The notes under the pieces were generated by a model. That model was not told where the DNA came from and searched no databases. It saw only the letters and a program-made list of their open reading frames with translations. Shown piece after piece: positions 44,961 to 55,492 of a DNA stretch of 64,000 nt. The stretch spans positions 1 to 64,000 of the forward strand of contig NIVC01001453.1 of assembly GCA_002269645.1 (NCBI GenBank). Direction: 5' to 3'. Made by a program: the position numbers and the translations under genes. The stretch comes from Macrostomum lignano (lineage: Eukaryota). Within the stretch, counting starts at the first letter, position 1, and the number at the start of each line of letters is the position of its first letter.

Positions 44961-45760
44961 TTTCCCGACTTCTGAGTGCAAAATCTTTGAACATGGCCCG
45001 GCTTACCGCACTTCCAGCATGTCACGACTCTGCGTCTGTCGCCGCTCTGACGATGATCCTGGTCCTTTGACTCCCAGCGGCTGAGCTTGTTGGACCGCTC
45101 CTTCAGAGACCGTTGAATTCCGACTGCAAAGGCTTCGGGAATCTCAGCAGCTAGAGCCGTAGCGGTGCCTCCTTGCGACTGGATCGATTCCACGAATCGC
45201 GCTGTTTCCACTGTATCAGCGAATGTCGCCTTTGGCTGCATCTGCGTCTGCATTCGCACAGCTGGGTCCCTCAATCCGGATAGAAACCGACCTTTGAGCA
45301 GCTCGTCCTTCGCTGTCACCGACTTCTCCTGCTCGGCACCTGCTTTCGTGTCCATCAGACTCGGGAAAGCGCGTTTTGCCGCAACGATCAGGGCATCGGA
45401 ATAGTCTGCAACCGACTGACCGTCCTTTTGAGTCAGATTGAAGAACTGCGCCTGCAGCTCAGCAGAGGATTTTGATGGCCGAAATCGATTTTTCAGAGCC
45501 TTCTCAAAATCGTCGTAGGACAGGGCAGCATCCAAATTGCTGGCCGCTTGATATGATTTGTCGTCGAGGAATGACAGCAGAGCATTCTTGCGCTGATCCA
45601 CAGGAAGAGATGATGCGAAATTGTTGAATCGCGCCAGCCAAAGTTCAAAGTCTTGTCCATGCTGGTATTGAGGCGGCCGCAAAAACATGTTGACAAAACT
45701 AGCTTGGGGCTGAGTCACCGCCACTGCAGGGCTCTCTGCACTACCTTCATTTTCAGTCAT
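44855..45760 (-). CDS. gag: Gypsy gag with CCHC zinc knuckle
   Basis: ATG at 45760. Capsid-like FELWLARF...ALKNRF and the knuckle CWKCGKPGHVQRFC. Confidence 0.9.
   Translation of the reverse strand: MTENEGSAESPAVAVTQPQASFVNMFLRPPQYQHGQDFELWLARFNNFASSLPVDQRKNALLSFLDDKSYQAASNLDAALSYDDFEKALKNRFRPSKSSAELQAQFFNLTQKDGQSVADYSDALIVAAKRAFPSLMDTKAGAEQEKSVTAKDELLKGRFLSGLRDPAVRMQTQMQPKATFADTVETARFVESIQSQGGTATALAAEIPEAFAVGIQRSLKERSNKLSRWESKDQDHRQSGDRRRVVTCWKCGKPGHVQRFCTQKSGNFDGAATAGVPFRKRESRRNQSWRCPAQPLVPTCW
44926..44966 (-). promoter_or_regulatory. Programmed -1 ribosomal frameshift signal (gag-pol)
   Basis: Slippery heptamer G_GGA_AAC at 44966-44960 in the gag frame, 6-nt spacer, 8-bp stem GGAGCGGC/GCCGTTCC. 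pol is in the -1 frame. Confidence 0.8.
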
Positions 45761-45765
45761 AGCCG

Positions 45766-45777
45766 CCGCTGCCACCA
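45766..45777 (-). promoter_or_regulatory. Primer-binding site TGGTGGCAGCGG (tRNA-Leu type)
   Basis: Complementary to the 3' end ...CCGCTGCCA-CCA of tRNA-Leu(TAG/AAG), recalled from vertebrate tRNA sequence. Lies directly after the LTR. Confidence 0.7.
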
Positions 45778-45778
45778 A

Positions 45779-45941
45779 TGTAAGAACAAGCCAAGACGAA
45801 AATAGGCTTAAGGCGTAGACCGACTCTTGGCTGCCCAGGGCGCCAAGCACTCACTTATATATTATGATTGTACAGCTAGCAAATGTACATACGGGCTAGT
45901 AAACTTGCGTACATGCAATCAACTAAACAAATCATCTTACA
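45779..45941 (-). repeat. Gypsy 5' LTR (163 bp)
   Basis: 7-bp terminal inverted repeat TGTAAGA...TCTTACA, internal TATATAAG, and the PBS follows 1 nt after the terminal CA. Confidence 0.85.
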
Positions 45942-46689
45942 TTTCTAATATTCGAACTCGAGCACAGGCGCTGTCTAACATCAAAAGCGATGAAATTAAA
46001 ACCCGGTCGCGACTCCATCGCAGCTCTGTTGCTAGGCAACGCCGCCCTGTGGATTGTGTACACGCTGGAGACTCGCGAGATCGCCGCACTGCCCAGCTAC
46101 AATCAGGCCTATTCGCCCATAGCAACCAACATAGTCGCCTACTCATGCTCGCCTCTGCTAATCTTCTTTCGATTTCATTCTGCCTGCTGTTTCATAGAAA
46201 TTTGGCGCAACGCTTACAAGTCTGCGACTGTCGCTGTGACGTCCGCTTGCAACGGAAGCGTTTGCGTTGCAATGGAGACTGACTAGAAGAAGCTGACCTT
46301 TCAGATTTATCTTGCGTAACATTTTGAAAAGTATTTTAGATTGACTACCTATAGTAAAAATTACAATACCATTCCATTAAAATCGCCAGGAGGCTTGGGC
46401 CATCCAGGCGCAACGCCACCGCCTGTGTGTCCCTGTGTGTCTGTGTGTGTATGCTGTCAGTTCAAGCAGAAACGTCTTTGAATGAGCGGCCACTAGAGCC
46501 TGCAGCTCTCAAAATATATTGCAAACCAAAGCAATAAATTATATTTAATTCTCACACAGATTGTTCTTGTATTGCTTCTCAAATGTGAGCCATGCTTTAA
46601 GGTGCGATGAAGAGTCAGCATGAAAGTGCAGTGAGGGATCGCACTCGGAGCATTTAGGCGTCCTGTCTGAGGCGCTGTGCTGTGGATGC

Positions 46690-47285
46690 CACTGTGTTCT
46701 GCGTGTGCCTCCACCAGGTGTCACTGAGTGTTCTGCGTGTGCCTCCACCAGGTGTCACTGAGTGTTCTGCGTGTGCCTCCACCAGGTGTCACTGAGTGTT
46801 CTGCGTGTGCCTCCACCAGGTGTCACTGAGTGTTCTGCGTGTGCCTCCACCAGGTGTCACTGAGTGTTCTGCGTGTGCCTCCACCAGGTGTCACTGAGTG
46901 TTCTGCGTGTGCCTCCACCAGGTGTCACTGAGTGTTCTGCGTGTGCCTCCACCAGGTGTCACTGAGTGTTCTGCGTGTGCCTCCACCAGGTGTCACTGAG
47001 TGTTCTGCGTGTGCCTCCACCAGATGTCACTGAGTGGTCTGCATGTGCCTCCACCAGGTGTCACTGAGTGGTCTGCATGTGCCTCCACCAGGTGTCACTG
47101 AGTGGTCTGCATGTGCCTCCACCAGGTGTCACTGAGTGGTCTGCATGTGCGTCCACCAGGTGTCACTGAGTGGTCTGCATGTGCCTCCACCAGGTGTCAC
47201 TGAGTGGTCTGCATGTGCCTCCACCAGGTGTCACTGAGTGGTCTGCATGTGCCTCCACCAGGTGTCACTGAGTGGTCTGCGTGTG
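46690..47285 (+). repeat. 34-bp minisatellite, about 17 copies
   Basis: Unit CTGAGTGTTCTGCGTGTGCCTCCACCAGGTGTCA. Two variant blocks in sequence. Confidence 0.95.
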
Positions 47286-47559
47286 CCGTCATGCCTAGAA
47301 AATACAATGATTCTTGGACTTTTATGTGTATATATTTAAGGAAAATCGATTTTAAAGCAGTTGCAACGTGACTCATTCTTTTAGAACTCTGTATGAAACG
47401 AGCTTAATATAAACCGAAATGGTCTAACCATTTTTCTCTACAATCGTCTTTCGCCAGGTCTCTCAATCTCTCTCTTAAGGCCTGTCTTTTCCTACTGGTT
47501 GAGGAAGGGAGGTTGGTGACTGGCTATTTAGATAGCTAGAAGTTTAGCTCTCGCGATTT

Positions 47560-47830
47560 TATATAAGCATGAGCTAAATATGCAACAACTGCAGGTGTGC
47601 ATTGCACTGTACTGTGCTGTCAGAGCTTGAGACTTAAAGAGGTACGTACAGACTGAGCTGCAGTTTGAATACTCCTGTTTTAAGACACAACAGTAGCCAG
47701 TTAATTGAAATAATATCTTCGTCTTTGGTGTTTAATTTTGAACAGCTTTTACGGACCGATTATATAATTTAGACTGCTTTTCTCAGCTTTGCCTTGAGTT
47801 CCGTTGGCTTGTACGAGTACAATACTGCAG
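47560..47830 (+). promoter_or_regulatory. Candidate TATA promoter and short 5'-UTR exons, possibly of the downstream coiled-coil gene
   Basis: TATATAA at 47560-47566, donor GTACGT at 47642, acceptor TTTTCTCAG ending at 47786, strong donor CAG|GTGAGT at 47830/47831. The link to the gene at 55487 is inference. Confidence 0.35.
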
Positions 47831-47889
47831 GTGAGTTTTACTAATCAATGAAGCTCAGCTCATGTGCGCATTGAGACAGCTCACGACCC

Positions 47890-50800
47890 TCTCTGAGTTT
47901 CTGAGTCTCTGAGTCTCTGACTCTCTGAGTCTCTGACTCTCTGAGTCTCAGAATCTCTGACTCTCTGAGTCTCTGAGTCTCTGAGTCTCTGACTCTCTGA
48001 GTCTCTGAGTCTCTGAGTCTCTGACTCTCTGACTCTGAATCTCTGAGTCTCTGACTCTCTGAGTCTCTGACTCTCTGAGTCTCTGAGTCTCTGGCTCTCT
48101 GAATCTCTGAGTCTCTGAGTCTCTGACTCTCTGAGTCTCTGAGTCTCTGAGTCTCTGAGTCTCTGACTCTCTGAGTCTCTGAGTTTCTGACTCTCTGACT
48201 CTCTGAGTCTCTGGCTCTCTGACTCTCTGAGTCTCTGAGTCTCTGACTCTCTGACTCTCTGAGTCTCTGACTCTCTGAGTCTCTGACTCTCTGACTCTCT
48301 GACTCTCTGACTCTCTGAGTCTCTGAGTCTCTGACTCTCTGAGTCTCTGAGTCTCTGGCTCTCTGAATCTCTGAGTCTCTGTGTCTCTGACTCTCTGAGT
48401 CTCTGACTCTCTGAGTCTCTGAGTCTCTGAGTCTCTGACTCTCTGACTCTGAATCTCTGAGTCTCTGACTCTCTGAGTCTCTGACTCTCTGAGTCTCTGA
48501 GTCTCTGGCTCTCTGAATCTCTGAGTCTCTGAGTCTCTGACTCTCTGAGTCTCTGAGTCTCTGAGTCTCTGAGTCTCTGACTCTCTGAGTCTCTGAGTTT
48601 CTGACTCTCTGACTCTCTGAGTCTCTGGCTCTCTGACTCTCTGAGTCTCTGAGTCTCTGACTCTCTGACTCTCTGAGTCTCTGACTCTCTGAGTCTCTGA
48701 CTCTCTGACTCTCTGACTCTCTGACTCTCTGAGTCTCTGAGTCTCTGACTCTCTGAGTCTCTGAGTCTCTGGCTCTCTGAATCTCTGAGTCTCTGAGTCT
48801 CTGACTCTCTGAGTCTCTGAGTCTATGAGTCTCTGAGTCTCTGACTCTCTGACTCTCTGACTCTCTGACTCTCTGACTCTCTGAGTCTCTGACTCTCTGA
48901 CTCTCTGAGTCTCTGAGTCTCTAACTCTCTGAGTCTCTGAGTCTCTGACTCTCTGAGTCTCTGAGTCTCTGGCTCTCTGAATCTCTGACTCTCTGACTCT
49001 CTGACTCTCTGACTCTCTGACTCTCTGACTCTCTGACTCTCTGAGTCTCTGACTCTCTGACTCTCTGACTCTCTGACTCTGACTCTCTGAGTCTCTGACT
49101 CTCTGACTCTCTGACCCTTTACCGAGACGAAGTCAGCCAAACCAGGCAACTCTTGTTTTGGGCCTTCAGCCACTCCACAGAAATCTACATGGGTCACACA
49201 CATCCCTCTGAACTTCCAAAGTAATAAATAATTGATTCGCAAATAAATAATTTAAAGCCGCTCACGATTCGATGTTAACTGATTCGTTGATTAATTGAAT
49301 TATAAGCTGCTCCTTTTAATTATTTATCTGACTCTGCCCCGAAGTTGTGTGTCCTTGTCTTGAACCCGGTCACATGACAGTTCACAATATCTGGACTTAG
49401 TTCACCTTTCACTCACTAGAAACAGTTAAACGGATAGACCCTGTCCCCCTGTGACTGTCTGACCCTCTCCCTGTGACTGTCTGACCCTCTCCCCTGTGAC
49501 TGTCTGACCCTCTCCCCTGTGACTGTTTGACCCTCTCCCCTGTGACTGTCTGACCCTCTCCCCTGTGACTGTCTGACCCTGTCCCCCTGTGACTGTCTGA
49601 CCCTCTCCCCTGTGACTGTCTGACCCTCTCCCTGTGACTGTCTGACCCTGTCCCCCTGTGACTGTCTGACCCTGTCCCCCTGTGACTGTCTGACCCTGTC
49701 CCCCTGTGACTGTCTGACCCTCTCCCCTGTGACTGTCTGACCCTCTCCCCTGTGACTGTCTGACCCTCTCCCCTGTGACTGTCTGACCCTCTCCCCTGTG
49801 ACTGTCTGACCCTGTCCCCCTGTGACTGTCTGACCCTCTCCCCTGTGACTGTCTGACCCTCTCCCCTGTGACTGTCTGACCCTGTCCCCCTGTGACTGTC
49901 TGACCCTCTCCCCTGTGACTGTCTGACCCTGTCCCCCTGTGACTGTCTGACCCTCTCCTCTGTGACTGTCTAACCCTCTCCCCTGTGACTGTCTAACCCT
50001 CTCCCCTGTGACTGTCTGACCCTCTCCCCTGTGACTGTCTGACCCTCTCCCCTGTGACTGTCTGACCCTCTCCCCCTGTGACTGTCTGACCCTCTCCCCT
50101 GTGACTGTCTGACCCTCTCCCCTGTGACTGTTTGACCCTCTCCCCTGTGACTGTCTGACCCTCTCCCCTGTGACTGTCTGACCCTGTCCCCCTGTGACTG
50201 TCTGACCCTCTCCCCTGTGACTGTCTGACCCTCTCCCCTGTGACTGTCTGACCCTGTCCCCCTGTGACTGTCTGACCCTGTCCCCCTGTGACTGTCTGAC
50301 CCTGTCCCCCTGTGACTGTCTGACCCTCTCCCCTGTGACTGTCTGACCCTCTCCCCTGTGACTGTCTGACCCTCTCCCCTGTGACTGTCTGACCCTCTCC
50401 CCTGTGACTGTCTGACCCTGTCCCCCTGTGACTGTCTGACCCTCTCCCCTGTGACTGTCTGACCCTGTCCCCTGTGACTGTCTGACCCTGTCCCCTGTGA
50501 CTGTCTGACCCTCTCCCCTGTGACTGTCTGACCCTCTCCCTGTGACTGTCTGACCCTCTCCCCTGTGACTGTCTAACCCTCTCCCCTGTGACTGTCTGAC
50601 CCTCTCCCCTGTGACTGTCTGACCCTCTCCCCTGTGACTGTCTGACCCTCTCCCCTGTGACTGTCTGACCCTCTCCCCCTGTGACTGTCTGACCCTCTCC
50701 CCTGTGACTGTCTGACCCTCTCCCCTGTGACTGTCTGACCCTCTCCCCTGTGACTGTCTAACCCTCTCCCCTGTGACTGTCTGACCCTCTCTCCTGTGAC

Positions 50801-53800
50801 TGTCTAACCCTCTCCCTGTGACTGTCTAACTCTCTCCCTGTGACTGTCTAACTCTCTCCCTGTGACTGTCTAACTCTCTCCCTGTGACTGTCTAACTCTC
50901 TCCCTGTGACTGTCTAACTCTCTCCCTGTGACTGTCTAACTCTCTCCCTGTGACTGTCTAACTCTCTCCCTGTGACTGTCTAACTCTCTCCCTGTGAGTG
51001 TCTGACTCTCTCCCCAGTGAGTGTCTGACTCTCTCCCCAGTGACTGTCTAACTCTCTCCCTGTGACTGTCTAACCCTCTCCCTGTGACTGTCTAACCCTC
51101 TCCCCTGTGACTGTCTAACCCTCTCCCCTGTGACTGTCTAACCTCTCCCTGTGACTGTCTAACTCTCTCCCTGTGACTGTCTAACCCTCTCCCTGTGACT
51201 TTCTAACTCTCTCCCTGTGACTGCTAACTCTCTCCCCTGTGACTGTCGGACCCTCTCCCCAGTGAGTTTCTGACTCTCTCCCCTGTGACTGTATGGCTCT
51301 CTCCCTAGTGAGTGTCTGACCCTCTCTCCTGTGACTGTCTAACCCTCTCCCCTGTGACTGTCTAACTCTCTCCCTGCGACTGTCTAACCCTCTCCCCTGT
51401 GACTGTTTAACTCTCTCCCTGTGACTGCTAACTCTCTCCCTGTGACTGTCTAACTCTCTCCCTGTGACTGTCTAACTCTCTCCCTGTGACTGCTAACTCT
51501 CTCCCCAGTGAGTGTCTGACTCTCTCCCCAGTGACTGTCTAACTCTCTCCCTGTGACTGTCTAACTCTCTCCCCTGTGACTGTCGGACCCTTTCTGACTC
51601 TCTGACTCTCTGAGTCTCTGGCTCTCTGACTCTCTGAGTCTCTGAGTCTCTGACTCTCTGACTCTCTGACTCTCTGACTCTCTGACTCTCTGAGTCTCTG
51701 ACTCTCTGACTCTCTGAGTCTCTGAGTCTCTAACTCTCTGAGTCTCTGAGTCTCTGACTCTCTGAGTCTCTGAGTCTCTGGCTCTCTGAATCTCTGACTC
51801 TCTGACTCTCTGACTCTCTGACTCTCTGACTCTCTGACTCTCTGACTCTCTGAGTCTCTGACTCTCTGACTCTCTGACTCTCTGACTCTGACTCTCTGAG
51901 TCTCTGACTCTGACTCTCTGAGTCTCTGAGTCTCTGAGTCTCTGACTCTCTGAGTCTCTGAGTCTCTGGCTCTCTGAATCTCTGAGTCTCTGAGTCTCTG
52001 GCTCTCTGAATCTCTGACTCTCTGACTCTCTGACTCTCTGACTCTCTGACTCTCTGACTCTCTGACTCTCTGAGTCTCTGACTCTCTGACTCTCTGACTC
52101 TCTGACTCTGACTCTCTGAGTCTCTGACTCTGACTCTCTGAGTCTCTGACTCTCTGACTCTCTGAGTATCTGACTCTCTAACTCTCTGAGTCTCTGACTC
52201 TCTGAGTCTCTGACTCTCTGACTCTCTGACTCTGACTCTCTGAGTCTCTGACTCTCTAACTCTCTGAGTCTCTGACTCTCTAACTCTCTGAGTCTCTGAG
52301 TCTCTGACTCTCTGAGTCTCTGAGTCTCTGGCTCTCTGAATCTCTGAGTCTCTGAGTCTCTGACTCTCTGAGTCTCTGAGTCTCTGGCTCTCTGAATCTC
52401 TGAGTCTCTGAGTCTCTGACTCTCTGAGTCTCTGAGTCTATGAGTCTCTGAGTCTCTGACTCTCTGACTCTCTGACTCTCTGACTCTCTTACTCTCTGAC
52501 TCTCTGACTCTCTGAGTCTCTGAGTCTCTGAGTCTCTGACTCTCTGAGTCTCTGAGTCTCTGAGTCTCTGACTCTCTGACTCTGAATCTCTGAGTCTCTG
52601 ACTCTCTGAGTCTCTGACTCTCTGAGTCTCTGAGTCTCTGGCTCTCTGAATCTCTGAGTCTCTGAGTCTCTGACTCTCTGAGTCTCTGAGTCTCTGAGTC
52701 TCTGAGTCTCTGACTCTCTGAGTCTCTGAGTTTCTGACTCTCTGACTCTCTGAGTCTCTGGCTCTCTGACTCTCTGAGTCTCTGAGTCTCTGACTCTCTG
52801 ACTCTCTGAGTCTCTGACTCTCTGAGTCTCTGACTCTCTGACTCTCTGACTCTCTGACTCTCTGAGTCTCTGAGTCTCTGACTCTCTGAGTCTCTGAGTC
52901 TCTGGCTCTCTGAATCTCTGAGTCTCTGTGTCTCTGACTCTCTGAGTCTCTGACTCTCTGAGTCTCTGACTCTCTGAGTCTCTGAGTCTCTGAGTCTCTG
53001 ACTCTCTGACTCTGAATCTCTGAGTCTCTGACTCTCTGAGTCTCTGACTCTCTGAGTCTCTGAGTCTCTGGCTCTCTGAATCTCTGAGTCTCTGAGTCTC
53101 TGACTCTCTGAGTCTCTGAGTCTCTGAGTCTCTGAGTCTCTGACTCTCTGAGTCTCTGAGTTTCTGACTCTCTGACTCTCTGAGTCTCTGGCTCTCTGAC
53201 TCTCTGAGTCTCTGAGTCTCTGACTCTCTGACTCTCTGAGTCTCTGACTCTCTGAGTCTCTGACTCTCTGACTCTCTGACTCTCTGACTCTCTGAGTCTC
53301 TGAGTCTCTGACTCTCTGAGTCTCTGAGTCTCTGGCTCTCTGAATCTCTGAGTCTCTGAGTCTCTGACTCTCTGAGTCTCTGAGTCTATGAGTCTCTGAG
53401 TCTCTGACTCTCTGACTCTCTGACTCTCTGACTCTCTGACTCTCTGACTCTCTGACTCTCTGACTCTCTGAGTCTCTGAGTCTCTAACTCTCTGAGTCTC
53501 TGAGTCTCTGACTCTCTGAGTCTCTGAGTCTCTGGCTCTCTGAATCTCTGACTCTCTGACTCTCTGACTCTCTGACTCTCTGACTCTCTGACTCTCTGAC
53601 TCTCTGACTCTGACTCTCTGACTCTCTGACTCTGACTCTCTGAGTCTCTGACTCTGACTCTCTGAGTCTCTGACTCTCTGACTCTCTGAGTATCTGACTC
53701 TCTAACTCTCTGAGTCTCTGACTCTCTGAGTCTCTGACTCTCTGACTCTCTGACTCTGACTCTCTGAGTCTCTGACTCTCTAACTCTCTGAGTCTCTGAC

Positions 53801-54225
53801 TCTCTAACTCTCTGAGTCTCTGACTCTCTGAGTCTCTGACTCTCTGAGTCTCTGACTCTCTGACTCTCTGACTCTGACTCTCTGAGTCTCTGACTCTCTG
53901 ACTCTCTGAGTCTCTGACTCTCTAACTCTCTGAGTCTCTGAGTCTCTGACTCTCTGAGTCTCTGACTCTCTAACTCTCTGAGTCTCTGAGTCTGTGACTC
54001 TCTGACTCTGACTCTCTGAGTCTCTGACTCTCTGAGTCTCTGACTCTCTGACTCTCTGAGTCTCTGACTCTCTAACTCTCTGAGTCTCTGAGTCTCTGAC
54101 TCTCTGACTCTGACTCTCTGAGTCTCTGACTCTCTGAGTCTCTGACTCTCTGAGTCTCTGACTCTCTGACTCTCTGACTCTCTGACTCTCTGACTCTCTG
54201 AGTCTCTGGCTCTCTGACTCTCTGA
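47890..54225 (+). repeat. Compound satellite: 8-bp (TCTCTGAG/TCTCTGAC)n at 47890-49112 and 51590-54225, plus a 23-25 bp unit at 49440-51590
   Basis: Second unit CCCTCTCCCCTGTGACTGTCTGA. Variant patterns show nested block duplications. Confidence 0.95.
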
Positions 54226-54600
54226 CCCTTTACCGAGACGAAGTCAGCCAAACCAGGCAACTCTTGTTTTGGGCCTTCAGCCACTCCACAGAAATCTACA
54301 TGGGTCACACACATCCCTCTGAACTTCCAAAGTAATAAATAATTGATTCGCAAATAAATAATTTAAAGCCGCTCACGATTCGATGTTAACTGATTCGTTG
54401 ATTAATTGAATTATAAGCTGCTCCTTTTAATTATTTATCTGACTCTGCCCCGAAGTTGTGTGTCCTTGTCTTGAACCCGGTCACATGACAGTTCACAATA
54501 TCTGGACTTAGTTCACCTTTCACTCACTAGAAACAGTTAAACGGATAGACCCTGTCCCCCTGTGACTGTCTGACCCTCTCCCCTGTGACTGTGACTGTCT
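49113..54600 (+). repeat. Duplicated ~350-bp unique block (49113-49465 and 54225-54580), offset 5111 bp
   Basis: The two copies appear identical apart from one T in a homopolymer (CCCTTTTACC versus CCCTTTACC). Each has the same satellite types on its flanks. Confidence 0.93.
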
Positions 54601-55289
54601 GACCCTCTCTCCTCTCCCCTGGGACTATCTGACTCTCCCATGACGAGAATGAGTGGTTTTGTATAAACAGCTCCCCCCATTCTGGGTCAACCCCATCAAC
54701 ACACGTTTGCCGCAGCGCAGAGTAAAATGAACAATAAAATATTTTCTAGAGAAAGCAGCAGCAGCTAAATCCTTAAAAGACAGTTTTTCTTGAGTTCTTT
54801 TGTCTCTGTGTTTCGGCCAGAGCAAGCAGAGAGTGGGGGCTGCTACGACCATCATTCTGCTTAAGCGACCCACTATAGCCATCCATTATTAGTTATCTTT
54901 GCGCTTATCTCATCTCTCCATGCTAAACTCTTACACCGAGCACACACAGAGAAGCGCAGGCCAACACTGTGCTGCTTGTGCCTTGGGCGCGGCCGAAACA
55001 GGTTTGAAAAGGTTTTTTTACACAGAGTTTGCATATGAAAGACAGGCGATTCGGACTGCGCGCAAGTCTTTTTTGTACTTTTAGCCAACGCTGAATGCTA
55101 GTACAAGCATATACTCTTATTTAATCAGACTTGTCAGGCATTGTGTGCGCTTAGTTCGGACTTGTAAATTAGTCAGATTTTGTTGGATATCTGTAAATAT
55201 CTGTTTATAAAAGCCTGTATTAAAGCTGTGTTGTTGAATTTCTTACTGTCTGCCACTTGATCTCCTTTGAGTCATTCACCTTGGGTACT

Positions 55290-55405
55290 TGAATATCCTT
55301 TGGCTCACACACCTCAAGTCACCTGAGATCACCTTGACTCACACACCTCAAGTCACCTGAGATCACCTTGACTCACACACCTCAAGTCATCTGAGATCAC
55401 CTTGA
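55290..55405 (+). repeat. ~34-bp tandem repeat, 3 copies
   Basis: CTCACACACCTCAAGTCACCTGAGATCACCTTGA. Confidence 0.85.
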
Positions 55406-55492
55406 TTATTCACTCACGACCCGTTCTGAGTTTATGGTGAAGCTACTCCGACTAACAATTTTCGCATTCTTTCCAACCAATTTCAGCGCTGA

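Larger units (their letters stand above)
41219..45941 (-). mobile_element. Ty3/Gypsy LTR retrotransposon, 3'-truncated, pol frameshifted
   Basis: Order gag, PR, RT, RH, IN. 163-bp LTR at 45779-45941 with TGTAAGA/TCTTACA ends, PBS at 45766-45777. No PPT or 3' LTR. Host otopetrin reading frame resumes exactly at 45942. Confidence 0.95.

Noticed and set aside
41173-45696. Many short plus-strand ORFs across the retrotransposon
   Set aside because: Antisense shadows of GC-rich gag/pol sequence.
49127-49211. 85-nt minus-strand exon-like segment (AG...GT, GMCVTHVDFCGVAEGPKQELPGLADFVS) in the duplicated island
   Set aside because: No compatible neighbouring exons were found and the peptide is unrecognised; left unannotated.
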